NCBI GenBank assembly: GCA_947177205.1
Contig: CAMWTO010000001.1
Location: 4,090-68,089 of the forward strand
DNA length: 64,000 nt
Origin: an uncultured Ruminococcus sp.
GTDB lineage: Bacteria; Bacillota; Clostridia; Oscillospirales; Ruminococcaceae
Direction: 5' to 3'
Shown: positions 1 to 9,203 of the stretch, one piece after another
How the letters are laid out: each line of letters opens with the position of its first letter
How positions within the stretch are numbered: position 1 is the stretch's first letter
Position numbers and translations under genes: made by a program
Notes under the pieces: generated by a model
What the model was told of the DNA's origin: nothing
What the model saw: the letters and a program-made list of their open reading frames with translations, nothing else
Databases searched by the model: none

Positions 1-27
1 GTTTTCATTAATTAATAAATTAAAAAA

Positions 28-55
28 CCGTCAGAAAAGATCTGACGGCTTTTTC
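28..55. terminator. bidirectional intrinsic terminator
   Basis: Stem CCGTCAGA (28-35) / TCTGACGG (41-48) with a 5-nt loop. A-run 22-27 before and CTTTTTC after. Lies just 3' of the minus-strand ORF ending at 60. Confidence 0.7.
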
Positions 56-59
56 TGTC

Positions 60-260
60 TCAGGATTTGCCTAACTTGCGCTTGTTGCCTTTCTCATCCA
101 TAATATAAGTATGTTCGAGCTGATTGGTTAAATTATTCCGGAACTCCATGCGATATTGATTTCTCAATGTCGTCTGTTCTTCTTTTTCTTCCGGTGTGAG
201 TCCTTCGGATTTTGCCTTTCTGGCAAGCTGATTGATCCTGTCAATAAGTTCTGATTTCAT
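60..260 (-). CDS. DUF896/UPF0291 (YnzC-like) small helical protein
   Basis: 66-aa ORF. INQLARKAK..GLT.EE..EQ..LR..Y pattern typical of UPF0291. AAAGGA RBS 9 nt upstream of the ATG. Confidence 0.65.
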   Translation of the reverse strand: MKSELIDRINQLARKAKSEGLTPEEKEEQTTLRNQYRMEFRNNLTNQLEHTYIMDEKGNKRKLGKS

Positions 261-283
261 AGTATATTTTCCTTTCTGATTTG

Positions 284-320
284 AAAAAAATAACGATGCC
301 GCTCACACCGTGACATCGTT
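284..320 (-). terminator. intrinsic terminator (minus strand) between deoD and the DUF896 gene
   Basis: Minus strand reads AACGATG-TCAC-GGT-GTGA-GCGG-CATCGTT followed by A-TTTTTTT. Arms at 292-298 / 314-320; A7 at 284-290 on the plus strand. Confidence 0.6.
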
Positions 321-471
321 CAAACTTAGATAAAAACAGATAATTTTAATGGGGGAATCAATTAGAAAATTCATGAAGAAATAAAGGAAATTTCCTAATC
401 TGGTTTTTATTCTACATGGTGAAGCTTAAAACATTCTTAAATTTTAATGTGAAATTTTAAATTTTTTAAAT

Positions 472-1194
472 TCAAATTTTAGTATGAGATAATTTTTTGA
501 CTGTTTCCAATGCAAGGCGCATCATATCTGTGAAGCCTGTCTGTCGTTCTTCGGCGGATGTGGATTCTTTCCGGAGCGGACAGTCAGACACAGTACAAAT
601 ACACAACGCCTCTGCGCCGGCTCTTGCGGCATTCATGTAGAGTGCAGCAGATTCCATTTCAATTCCCAGAACATGCATTTTCGACCATTTTTCAAGAGAT
701 TCTGCATCATCATAAAATGTGTCGCTGGAAAGCAGATTCCCCGTCCGGACAGATAACCCCAGTTCTTCGGCGGTGTCGGATGCTGTCTTTAACAGACGGA
801 ACGACGCAATCGGCGCATATGTTCCGGGGAGCTGATACTGCGCCGCAAAATTGGAATTGGTACAAGCCGCCTGTCCGAGAATCACATCCCGGAGCTTGAC
901 TTCCGGAGCGATTCCGCCTGCCGTGCCGATCCGGATAATGCTTTTGACGCCGAAGAAGTGATACAATTCATAGGAATAGATTCCAATCGAGGGCTGACCC
1001 ATACCACTGCCCTGGACGGATACGGGGATGCCCTGGTAAGTGCCAGTGAAGCCGAGCATGTTGCGGATGGTGTTGACACATGTCACGTTTTCCAGGTAAT
1101 GTTCTGCGATAAATTGTGCACGTAACGGATCGCCGGGCATGAGGACGATGTCGGCATAATCGCCTTTCTGTCCCTGCAAATGCGGTGTACTCAT
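472..1194 (-). CDS. deoD: purine-nucleoside phosphorylase, DeoD type
   Basis: 240 aa. MSTPHL..GDYADIVLMPGDPLRA..GFTGTY.G..VSVQGSGMG.PS..IY..EL and IRIGTAGG motifs are characteristic of hexameric PNP. AAAGGAG RBS. Confidence 0.9.
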   Translation of the reverse strand: MSTPHLQGQKGDYADIVLMPGDPLRAQFIAEHYLENVTCVNTIRNMLGFTGTYQGIPVSVQGSGMGQPSIGIYSYELYHFFGVKSIIRIGTAGGIAPEVKLRDVILGQAACTNSNFAAQYQLPGTYAPIASFRLLKTASDTAEELGLSVRTGNLLSSDTFYDDAESLEKWSKMHVLGIEMESAALYMNAARAGAEALCICTVSDCPLRKESTSAEERQTGFTDMMRLALETVKKLSHTKI

Positions 1195-1248
1195 AGAAAA
1201 AAACTCCTTTCAGATTTATAATTAATTAATTGATTGACTATCTATTTC

Positions 1249-1277
1249 ATTTTAGCATATCCGGAAGAAAAAAGCAA
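1249..1277 (-). promoter_or_regulatory. sigma-A-type promoter for deoD
   Basis: Minus strand: TTGCTT - 17 nt (TTTTCTTCCGGATATGC) - TAAAAT, with a TGC extended -10. Confidence 0.55.
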
Positions 1278-1318
1278 GTGTTCTGAAAAAATTTGCAAAA
1301 TTGGGAAGAAATTTTACC

Positions 1319-1347
1319 TTGACAAATGCTGAAAAATATGCTATACT
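1319..1347 (+). promoter_or_regulatory. sigma-A-type promoter for the acyltransferase gene
   Basis: TTGACA (1319-1324) - 17 nt (AATGCTGAAAAATATGC) - TATACT (1342-1347), with a TGC extended -10. Confidence 0.7.
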
Positions 1348-1353
1348 GTGAAA

Positions 1354-1375
1354 AGTTATCAAATAGTTATCAAAT
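1354..1375 (+). repeat. perfect 11-bp tandem duplication AGTTATCAAAT x2 in the 5' leader
   Basis: AGTTATCAAAT at 1354-1364 and again at 1365-1375, immediately downstream of the -10 element. Confidence 0.9.
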
Positions 1376-1409
1376 ATTTATGAAATAATTATAAAAAAGG
1401 AGTTTTTTT

Positions 1410-2648
1410 TTGAGTTCTGTTAAAAATATCGGTTTTGGTCGGGAAGATACCCGTGCCGTTAAGGGAATTGCAGTGATTATGATGCTGTTACATCATCTTG
1501 CTGGATTTGGGGATCGGTATCCTGTCGGATTTGAGGGATTCCAGCCGAAAGAAAGTTGGTTTATCAAAGAGGGAATTCTCTCAGGATTAGCATTTAATAT
1601 GAGATTCTGTGTTGCTATATTTTTCTTTTTAGGCGGATACGGCACATATAAAAGTATCGCAAAGGGAAGTTTCTGTCTGACGAATTCCGTTTTGGGACTG
1701 TTTAAAAAATACTGGAAAGTGTTTTTTATTTTTGTTCCGGTTGCATATCTGTTTTTCAGCCGTTCCGGAGACGGCGTATCGGGATTAGCCACACGGTATA
1801 ATTTTTCCGGTGCAAAAGAACTGATCACGACCATAATATCCAATTTCACAATGCTTTCGGATTCTATAAACCTTGAATGGTGGTTCATGAAGACCTATAT
1901 CTGCGTTCTGCTTTTGGGGACAGTCTATTGTAAATTGACAAAAAAGCTGAATTCTTTTGCAGGAGAACTGCTGCTTATCTTTGTCATAGATATGCTTCTG
2001 CGTTCTGTACTGCCGAATCTGCCGTCTGTGGAGGGATTGGGCGGACTTTCCGGCAATGTATTTTTTACACGGTTCTGTTCTCAGACAGCATCATCGAGTC
2101 CGTTTTTTGCCGGGATTGTTTTTGCAAAATATGATGTAGTTGTAAGATTGAAAAAAATATTGTATCAAATGCCTTTCCGGGCTGTATTTGGTCTTGCAGG
2201 TGCTGTTGCTATCATATGGTGCAGATGTTTTATCACAGGAACGGAACTGGATCTGATCTATACACCGCTTCTGGCGGCATCACTGTCTGTATTTTTTGAT
2301 TCAGTCAAGCCTTTGCGGCGTGTTTTTGATCTGATCGGAAAACATAGTACGAATATATGGCTTGTTCATAGTTTCTACTGCTATTATTTCCTGGAAGCAA
2401 CGAAACTTGTCTATTGTACATCAAATGTGTGGGTAGACCTTGGAATCCTGGTTGTCATGAGCTTTTTGACTTCTGTGATTCTGGAGCTGTTTTATAAATA
2501 TTTATTTCAGGGAATCGAATTTATGCGGAGTAAATTCCAGAAAAAAGATTCTGATAATTCTGGCAATTCTGATAAGCCGGAAACAGAAACCGAAAAAATT
2601 CCGGAATCCGAATCAGAAAACGAGAATGGAAAGATTCTTGTCCATTAA
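1410..2648 (+). CDS. acyltransferase family 3 (OafA-like) integral membrane protein
   Basis: 412 aa with a TTG start 7 nt after AAGGAG. N-terminal R..A.KGIAVIMMLLHH motif and about 10 hydrophobic segments. The C-terminal tail is low-complexity (DSDNSGNSDKPETETE..ESESENENG). Confidence 0.7.
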   Translation: MSSVKNIGFGREDTRAVKGIAVIMMLLHHLAGFGDRYPVGFEGFQPKESWFIKEGILSGLAFNMRFCVAIFFFLGGYGTYKSIAKGSFCLTNSVLGLFKKYWKVFFIFVPVAYLFFSRSGDGVSGLATRYNFSGAKELITTIISNFTMLSDSINLEWWFMKTYICVLLLGTVYCKLTKKLNSFAGELLLIFVIDMLLRSVLPNLPSVEGLGGLSGNVFFTRFCSQTASSSPFFAGIVFAKYDVVVRLKKILYQMPFRAVFGLAGAVAIIWCRCFITGTELDLIYTPLLAASLSVFFDSVKPLRRVFDLIGKHSTNIWLVHSFYCYYFLEATKLVYCTSNVWVDLGILVVMSFLTSVILELFYKYLFQGIEFMRSKFQKKDSDNSGNSDKPETETEKIPESESENENGKILVH

Positions 2649-2657
2649 TCTCTCCCG

Positions 2658-2686
2658 CCCCCGTCTCTACAGATGGGGGTTTTCTT
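2658..2686 (+). terminator. intrinsic terminator after the acyltransferase gene
   Basis: CCCCCGTCT-CTAC-AGATGGGGG stem with one G.T pair, followed by TTTTC. Confidence 0.7.
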
Positions 2687-2687
2687 G

Positions 2688-3062
2688 CTAATATATCTCC
2701 TTTATTTTTTTAATACAGTTGTTTACTTCTTCTATTGTTGAATCTTCTAAAGATAATTGCTTGTTTTTTAACCAAATAGCAGTAGCGATTTCAATTGATT
2801 CTACAAACATAGTATGACTGATGTTACAATGATACTCATGAAGACCGCAAACCCACCACAACTCAATGCCATCCTCAATCCAATCACAGTCATACGGAAG
2901 ATTATATCCTACTGTTTCACAAATCATTCCACTTTTTTGACTGGCAATCTTTCTTAGTGTTTTAAGAAAATTTCTTCTCATCATATTATCAAAAAACAGG
3001 ATAACAGCAGCATATTCTTCAGCATCATATGGGAAAAACTGTTTAAATTCCGATTTTATCAT
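2688..3062 (-). CDS. hypothetical cytoplasmic protein (AT-rich orphan)
   Basis: 124 aa from ATG 3062, which lies 6 nt after AAGGAG at 3069-3074. The track ORF starts 2 codons earlier. No signal peptide or TM segment. Visibly more AT-rich and CCGG-poor than its flanks. No family recognised. Confidence 0.5.
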   Translation of the reverse strand: MIKSEFKQFFPYDAEEYAAVILFFDNMMRRNFLKTLRKIASQKSGMICETVGYNLPYDCDWIEDGIELWWVCGLHEYHCNISHTMFVESIEIATAIWLKNKQLSLEDSTIEEVNNCIKKIKEIY

Positions 3063-3087
3063 TCCCATCTCCTTCGGTATATCAGAA

Positions 3088-3111
3088 ATTCAGCCCTGGA
3101 CAGGGCTGAAT
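3088..3111 (-). terminator. hairpin after the LRR lipoprotein gene
   Basis: ATTCAGCCCT / AGGGCTGAAT 10-bp perfect stem with a 4-nt loop. The T-run is weak on the minus strand and TTTTG on the plus strand. Confidence 0.5.
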
Positions 3112-3126
3112 TTTGTTGGATTTATT

Positions 3127-3897
3127 TTAATTTGTTGTTTCTGTCGGGAAATTGTTTTCTTCTGCCCAGTCCAGAACTTTGGAATCAGCAGGCGCATGAA
3201 TCACGCAAGGCGTACCGGATTCAAATTCGATCTCTGCTAATCCCCAGTTATCACAGGAGAGAGCCGGACTCAGGATTGACAAATCCTGCAAATTCAGGCA
3301 GTTTGTCAGCATTTCTTCGTCCGTTTCCGTGACGGATGCCGGGATTGTCAGTTCTGTCAGACTGATGCAGTTGGAGAATGCACCACGTCCGATAGAAGTC
3401 ACAGATTCCGGGATGTTGATTTCTGAAAGCATCTCACAATCAGCGAAGGCCTGTTCATTGATAATCTGAATTGTGTCGGGCAATGTAATGCTCGTCACAT
3501 CCCAGGCGGCTTCTAACGCATACTGTCCGATTTCTGTCACCGGATAGCCCCCGATCTGAGACGTAATCACAAGTTCCGTGTCGGATCCGGTGAAATCCAG
3601 GATGATTGCCGTTCCGTCCGCATGGATTTCATAGACAAACTGATCCAGGCTTGTGGCATCCGGGTCAATTTCCGTAGAATCCGGGATCAATGTTTCTTCC
3701 GGCGGTTCTGATGTCGGATACAGCTCCGGATCAAACGCTGTTTCTTCCGGAATTGCGGTATCTTCTTCGGAATTTTGAATGATAGCAGGATCGTCCGTTT
3801 CGCTGGAATCCGGACTGGAATCACAGCCGCACAGAAACATCCCGGAGAGACTGACCAGGCATACTAACATGAAATTTAAATTTTTAAAATTTCTCAT
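3127..3897 (-). CDS. BspA-type leucine-rich-repeat (LRR_5-like) lipoprotein
   Basis: 256 aa. Lipobox LSGMFLCGC|DSS, then an acidic/Pro-rich linker, then repeats of the type IP.SVT.IG..AF..C..L. Its start ATG overlaps the typA stop (ATGA at 3894-3897). Confidence 0.75.
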   Translation of the reverse strand: MRNFKNLNFMLVCLVSLSGMFLCGCDSSPDSSETDDPAIIQNSEEDTAIPEETAFDPELYPTSEPPEETLIPDSTEIDPDATSLDQFVYEIHADGTAIILDFTGSDTELVITSQIGGYPVTEIGQYALEAAWDVTSITLPDTIQIINEQAFADCEMLSEINIPESVTSIGRGAFSNCISLTELTIPASVTETDEEMLTNCLNLQDLSILSPALSCDNWGLAEIEFESGTPCVIHAPADSKVLDWAEENNFPTETTN

Positions 3898-5714
3898 GAT
3901 TTCTTGTTCCTCATCTTGGCACGCTGTGCATTATCCAAAATGCGTTTGCGGATTCTTAGATTCTTCGGTGTCACTTCGAGCAGTTCATCATCTGCCAGGA
4001 ATTCCAGACAATCTTCCAGACTCATAATTCTGGGCGGTACTAAACGGAGTGCATCATCACTGCCACTGGCACGGGTGTTCGTGAGATGTTTTCTCTTGCA
4101 GACATTGACAACAAGATCATCTGCTTTCGGAGAAACACCAACAACCATGCCTTCATAGACCGGAACACCTGCGCCGATAAAGAGCGTGCCACGCTCCTGT
4201 GCATTGTATAATCCGTAAGTGACAGCTTCGCCGGATTCATGACAGATCAGAGAACCGGCGCTTCTTCTGGGGATGTCGCCTTTATAGGGGATATAACTGT
4301 CAAAGACACTGCTCATGATACCCTCGCCACGGGTATTCGTAAGAAATTCGCTCTTGTAGCCGAATAATCCACGGGACGGAATTAAAAATTCCAGACGGGT
4401 TCTTGTCCCCTGCGGCTGCATGGACTGCAATTCGCCCTTGCGAGTGCCCATTTTTTCCATAACCGTGCCGACACATTCTTCCGGAACGTCTACGACAAGT
4501 CTTTCCTGCGGTTCGCAGAGTTTGCCGTTGATGGTTTTATATAAGACTCTGGGCGTGGACACAGATAATTCATAGCCCTCACGACGCATATTTTCTACCA
4601 GGATAGATAAATGCATTTCACCACGTCCGGCAACGCTGAACGAATCTGTATTGTCTGTTTCGGTGACTCTCAGAGACACATCCCGAAGCAATTCTTTGAA
4701 TAAGCGCTCCCGGAGCTGACGGGATGTGACATATTTACCGTCACGTCCTGCAAACGGACTGTCATTGACAGAGAATGTCATTTCCACAGTGGGTTCACTG
4801 ATGTGTGTGAACGGCAAAGCTTCCGGCTGTTCCGGAGCGCAGATCGTATCACCAATCGTGATATCCGGAATGCCGCTTAAAATTACAATATCGCCGACGG
4901 TTGCCGTTTCTGTATTAACCTGGGCAAGTCCCTGCATCTGTGCCAGAGAAACAATTTTTGCCTGGTTATGCTTTTCCGGCTGATTGGAATTGACGACCAA
5001 AACCGGCTGATTGACTTTTACAGTCCCTCTCTGGATTTTGCCGACAGCGATTCTGCCGACGTAGTCATTATAATCAATGGAAGATACTAACATCTGGAAG
5101 GGTTCTTCTGGTTCACCCTCCGGCGGAGCGATATAATCCAGGATGGTTTCAAATAAAGGTGTCAGATCCGTGCCGGGTGTGTCCTTGTCAAGGGATGCTG
5201 TGCCGCTTCTGCCGGAACAGTACAAAATCGGACTTTCCAACTGCTGTTCATCAGCATCCAGATCCAGTAATAATAACTGGACTTCATCAGCAATTTCATC
5301 GAGTCTTGCATCCGGTCTGTCAATCTTGTTTACAACAATAATAATTTTATGACCCATTTCCAGGGCTTTGGACAGAACAAATCTTGTCTGCGGCATCGGA
5401 CCTTCAGCGGCATCCACTAATAAAATCACGCCGTCCACCATGGATAGAACACGCTCGACTTCGCCGCCGAAATCGGCATGACCAGGCGTATCAATAATAT
5501 TAATTTTGATGTCCTTATACTGAACAGCCGTGTTTTTCGCCAGGATGGTAATGCCTCTTTCCCGTTCAATCTCATTGGAATCCATGACACGCTCAGCGAC
5601 AGCCTGGTTTTCCCGGAAGACACCGCCCTGTTTGAGCATTTCGTCTACCAGAGTTGTCTTGCCGTGATCAACATGGGCAATGATGGCGATATTTCTTAAA
5701 TTTTCTCTGATCAT
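3894..5714 (-). CDS. typA: translational GTPase TypA/BipA
   Basis: 606 aa from ATG 5714 ([24 protein letters not shown]). G motifs DTPGHADF and NKIDR. GAAAGGA RBS. The track ORF's 53-aa upstream extension covers the promoter and is not coding. Confidence 0.93.
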   Translation of the reverse strand: MIRENLRNIAIIAHVDHGKTTLVDEMLKQGGVFRENQAVAERVMDSNEIERERGITILAKNTAVQYKDIKINIIDTPGHADFGGEVERVLSMVDGVILLVDAAEGPMPQTRFVLSKALEMGHKIIIVVNKIDRPDARLDEIADEVQLLLLDLDADEQQLESPILYCSGRSGTASLDKDTPGTDLTPLFETILDYIAPPEGEPEEPFQMLVSSIDYNDYVGRIAVGKIQRGTVKVNQPVLVVNSNQPEKHNQAKIVSLAQMQGLAQVNTETATVGDIVILSGIPDITIGDTICAPEQPEALPFTHISEPTVEMTFSVNDSPFAGRDGKYVTSRQLRERLFKELLRDVSLRVTETDNTDSFSVAGRGEMHLSILVENMRREGYELSVSTPRVLYKTINGKLCEPQERLVVDVPEECVGTVMEKMGTRKGELQSMQPQGTRTRLEFLIPSRGLFGYKSEFLTNTRGEGIMSSVFDSYIPYKGDIPRRSAGSLICHESGEAVTYGLYNAQERGTLFIGAGVPVYEGMVVGVSPKADDLVVNVCKRKHLTNTRASGSDDALRLVPPRIMSLEDCLEFLADDELLEVTPKNLRIRKRILDNAQRAKMRNKKS

Positions 5715-5777
5715 AAAAAAGCATCCTTTCTTTGCATTTTTATTTTTTTTATTTTCATAAAATTTATTCGCTTTTCC

Positions 5778-5806
5778 AGTATAGCATAATTTTCCGGAAA
5801 TTGCAA
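5778..5806 (-). promoter_or_regulatory. sigma-A-type promoter for typA
   Basis: Minus strand: TTGCAA - 17 nt (TTTCCGGAAAATTATGC) - TATACT, with a TGC extended -10. Confidence 0.7.
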
Positions 5807-5867
5807 GATATTTTTTGAAAAATCCGGAAATCTTTGTGCTGATTTGTTGTAAATTTCGTGAAATCAG

Positions 5868-5896
5868 TTGCAATTTGATCTGAAATGTGCTATAAT
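5868..5896 (+). promoter_or_regulatory. sigma-A-type promoter for glmS
   Basis: TTGCAA (5868-5873) - 17 nt - TATAAT (5891-5896), with a TGC extended -10. Divergent from the typA promoter. Confidence 0.7.
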
Positions 5897-5969
5897 AAAC
5901 TATACTTGCCTGAAAATTAAAAAAAACAAATCAAAATCAGGCTTGATTTCTGAGAGGAGAATTAATGTT

Positions 5970-7799
5970 ATGTGTGGAATTGTAGGTTACGTTGGATTCC
6001 GTGATGCGGCAGATGTCCTCATGGACGGTCTGTCCCGTTTGGAATACAGAGGCTACGACTCGGCAGGAATCGCCATATTTGAAAATGAAACAATCCGGGT
6101 TGCCAAATCCAAGGGCAGACTTGCAGATCTGGAACAGAAAATGCAGCAGGATGGCAAGCCGTCCGGTCACGCCGGCATCGGTCACACCAGATGGGCAACG
6201 CACGGCGAACCGTCCGACCGGAATTCCCATCCTCACGCCGGCGGCAATGTCACGCTTGTCCATAATGGCATTATTGAAAATTACAAAAAATTAAAAGAAT
6301 TTTTAATCTCACAGGGCAGGGATTTCAGTTCTGATACAGATACGGAAGTTGTTGCACAGTTACTGGATTATTATTATCAGGAAAATCACAACAATCCCAT
6401 TGACGCCATCATCCGGGTAAGGCAGGAACTAGAAGGTTCTTATGCATTGGGTGTCGTGTTTGCGGATTTCCCGGATCGGGTCTTTGCGCTCCGAAAAGAA
6501 AGTCCGCTGATTGTCGGCATTGGTGAGAATGAGAGTTTTATCGCCTCGGATATGACGGCGCTTCTGCAATATACCAGGAATTATTATTTATTGGAACCCG
6601 GTGAAATTGCCGTCCTGAGCAAGAAAAAAGCAAAAATTTATGATCTGCATTATCAGGAAGTCCGGAAAGAATTAAAGACAGCAGACTGGGATGTCAGTGC
6701 GGCTGAAAAATGCGGCTATGAGCATTATATGCTCAAAGAAATCCATGAACAGCCGGAAGCGATCAAGACAACGATCACGCCCCGGATTACGGACGGATTG
6801 CCGAATCTGGAAGAGTGTGGCATCACGCCGGAAACATTGCTCAATTTCCATAAAATTCATATTGTAGCATGTGGTACGGCAATGCATGCCGGAACAGTCG
6901 GCAAATATGTGATTGAGAAACTGGCAAGAGTTCCTGTGAATGTTGATATTGCGTCAGAATTCCGGTACAGAGAGCCATTAGTTTCTGAAAATGATCTGGT
7001 CATTATTATTTCTCAGTCCGGAGAAACGGCGGACAGTCTGGCAGCTTTGCGATTAGCAAAATCCCTCGGCGCAAAAACACTTGCGATTGTCAATGCAAAG
7101 GGCAGTTCGATTGCGAGAGAAGCCGACATGCTGATCTATACCCATGCAGGACCTGAAATCGCCGTGGCATCCACAAAAGCTTACATGGTGCAGATTGCTG
7201 TCATGTATCTGTTTGCATTTGAACTGGCACTGGCCAATCGTCGGATTGATGAAGCAGAATGCCGGAGATTGACTGCATTATTACAGGAAACGCCGGATCA
7301 GATCACGGAAATTCTGGAAAACAAATCTATGACACAGATGATTGCAATGGAGTTAATCACAGCCGACAGCCTGTTATACATCGGGCGTGGACTGGATTAT
7401 GCGCTGAGTATGGAGGGATCTTTGAAATTAAAAGAAATTTCTTATATTCACTCTGAGTCTTATGCGGCAGGAGAACTCAAACACGGCACAATTTCGCTGA
7501 TTACGGAGAACATGCCCGTGATTGCAATTGCGACACAGAAAGGTTTGTTTGACAAGACCATCAGCAACATCAAGGAAGTCAAAGCAAGAGGCGCAAAAGT
7601 GATTCTTGTGTGCCGGGAGGATTATATTCCGGACGCAGACATTGCAGATTTCAAATTCGGTCTGCCGGATTTTGATGATTTATTAATGCCCATGCTTGCC
7701 GTTGTGCCGTTGCAATTGCTTGCTTACTACACCGCCGTTCACAAGGGGACGGACGTGGATAAGCCGAGAAATCTGGCAAAATCCGTCACAGTAGAATAA
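5970..7799 (+). CDS. glmS: glutamine--fructose-6-phosphate aminotransferase (isomerizing)
   Basis: 609 aa from ATG 5970 (MCGIVGYVG, N-terminal Cys nucleophile). Two SIS-domain regions and a C-terminal ..PRNLAKSVTVE. GAGAGGAG RBS. Confidence 0.95.
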   Translation: MCGIVGYVGFRDAADVLMDGLSRLEYRGYDSAGIAIFENETIRVAKSKGRLADLEQKMQQDGKPSGHAGIGHTRWATHGEPSDRNSHPHAGGNVTLVHNGIIENYKKLKEFLISQGRDFSSDTDTEVVAQLLDYYYQENHNNPIDAIIRVRQELEGSYALGVVFADFPDRVFALRKESPLIVGIGENESFIASDMTALLQYTRNYYLLEPGEIAVLSKKKAKIYDLHYQEVRKELKTADWDVSAAEKCGYEHYMLKEIHEQPEAIKTTITPRITDGLPNLEECGITPETLLNFHKIHIVACGTAMHAGTVGKYVIEKLARVPVNVDIASEFRYREPLVSENDLVIIISQSGETADSLAALRLAKSLGAKTLAIVNAKGSSIAREADMLIYTHAGPEIAVASTKAYMVQIAVMYLFAFELALANRRIDEAECRRLTALLQETPDQITEILENKSMTQMIAMELITADSLLYIGRGLDYALSMEGSLKLKEISYIHSESYAAGELKHGTISLITENMPVIAIATQKGLFDKTISNIKEVKARGAKVILVCREDYIPDADIADFKFGLPDFDDLLMPMLAVVPLQLLAYYTAVHKGTDVDKPRNLAKSVTVE

Positions 7800-7853
7800 T
7801 TAAAATAAATTTTAAAATAAAATTTAAAAAAATTTTGAAAGAGATTTTTGCAA

Positions 7854-9203
7854 ATGAAAAAAAATAAAAAATTTTATCCGGCACTTGCTGTTTGTCTGGC
7901 AATGCTTTGTAATCTGAATTTAAATTTTGTTTCTGTATCCGCAGAAGGCGAAGAAATTTCTGTTTCAGATCCGACAAATCCGGACAGTTCAGAAAATCCC
8001 GGAAGTTCTGAGAATTCCGGGGAGACTTCCGCCACGGAAGCCCCCAAGCCGGAAGAATTATACCGGTTTGAGATCAACACGGCAGGACGTGCGGAAATCT
8101 ATGATTTTATCCCCTCGGAGACGTACAAGGGCGCAGTTGAAATCCCATCACAGCTTGACGGCTGTGATGTGGGTTATATCGGCAATGCGGCATTCATGAA
8201 CGCCGCCGGAATTACCGAAGTGACGATCCCGGCAACGGTGACGGACATCGGGAATTCCGTGTTTCTCGGCTGTACGAGTCTGAAAAAGATCAACGTCCAG
8301 TCCGGGAGTATTTATTTAAATTCCGTGGACGGCGTTCTGTATGCGGATGAGGGAAAGTTTCTGGTTGCCTATCCGGCGGCGAAAGACGGCGATACTTACC
8401 AGATCCCGGAAATTGTGGACGAGATCGCTCCCGGCTGTTTCGGATTTTCTCAGAACCTGAAACAGATGACCATCCCGGCGCATGTGGTCTATGTGGATTC
8501 CTGGTGCTTTGCCTATTCCAAGATTGAAAAAGTCAGCGTTGCAAGTGCAAATATTGATGAATACGCATTTGCTTACTGTGATAAATTAACCGGACTGGAA
8601 TTGCAGTCCGGTGTGGAGACCATCTCGGATGCTTCGTTCAGTAATTGTCCGGCATTGGAACATGTGACGCTCCCGGATACGCTCAGCACAGTGGGACAGT
8701 ACGCATTCTGCGCAACTGGAATGAAAGAAATCACGATTCCGGCAAATGTCAATGATATCAGCTATGGCGCATTCGGTTATGATGAAGATTCCAATGGAAA
8801 CCTGAACCCGATTTCGGATTTTGTCATTTCCGGTTATCCCGGCACGGCAGGACAGACCTACTGCACGGAAGAAGATCCGGAGAATGATTATAAAAATGAT
8901 TTTGTATTTGTGGATCTGAGCGAAGTCCCGGAAACAGAATCAGAAAATTCAAAAAATCCGGAGAATTCCGGCGATTCAGAACAGACAGACGAAGACGGTG
9001 CAGATGCGGCAGTTCCCGGAGACAATCCGGAGGAGATCCCCGAAGAAAACCTGGAGGACATCATTGGCGTGCAGGTCAAGGGAAATCAATTTTTGCGGAT
9101 TCTGCTGGCAACCGTTGGCGGAATTGCAATTATCCTGGCAATTGCGCTGGTAATTATCATTCTGAAGAAACCAAAAAATCATAAAAATCATGAGAAAGAC
9201 TAA
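7854..9203 (+). CDS. BspA-type LRR surface protein with signal peptide and C-terminal TM anchor (paralog 1)
   Basis: Signal peptide MKKNKKFYPALAVCLAML..VSA. E-N-S/P linkers. Repeats IP..V..I...AF..C..L. C-terminal hydrophobic helix LLATVGGIAIILAIALVIIIL followed by KKPKNHKNHEKD. Confidence 0.75.
   Translation: MKKNKKFYPALAVCLAMLCNLNLNFVSVSAEGEEISVSDPTNPDSSENPGSSENSGETSATEAPKPEELYRFEINTAGRAEIYDFIPSETYKGAVEIPSQLDGCDVGYIGNAAFMNAAGITEVTIPATVTDIGNSVFLGCTSLKKINVQSGSIYLNSVDGVLYADEGKFLVAYPAAKDGDTYQIPEIVDEIAPGCFGFSQNLKQMTIPAHVVYVDSWCFAYSKIEKVSVASANIDEYAFAYCDKLTGLELQSGVETISDASFSNCPALEHVTLPDTLSTVGQYAFCATGMKEITIPANVNDISYGAFGYDEDSNGNLNPISDFVISGYPGTAGQTYCTEEDPENDYKNDFVFVDLSEVPETESENSKNPENSGDSEQTDEDGADAAVPGDNPEEIPEENLEDIIGVQVKGNQFLRILLATVGGIAIILAIALVIIILKKPKNHKNHEKD

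Noticed and set aside
5715-5873. Upstream extensions of the typA ORF (to 5873) and the glmS ORF (from 5868).
   Set aside because: Both extensions run through the divergent promoter region. The family-conserved N-termini ([20 protein letters not shown]; MCGIVG) and RBSs define the internal starts.
5897-5969. Looked for a glmS ribozyme in the glmS 5' leader, since it is common in Firmicutes.
   Set aside because: The leader from the -10 (5891-5896) to the ATG (5970) is only about 70 nt. It lacks the conserved ribozyme core sequences. Only a short AAATCAA/TTGATTT hairpin is present.
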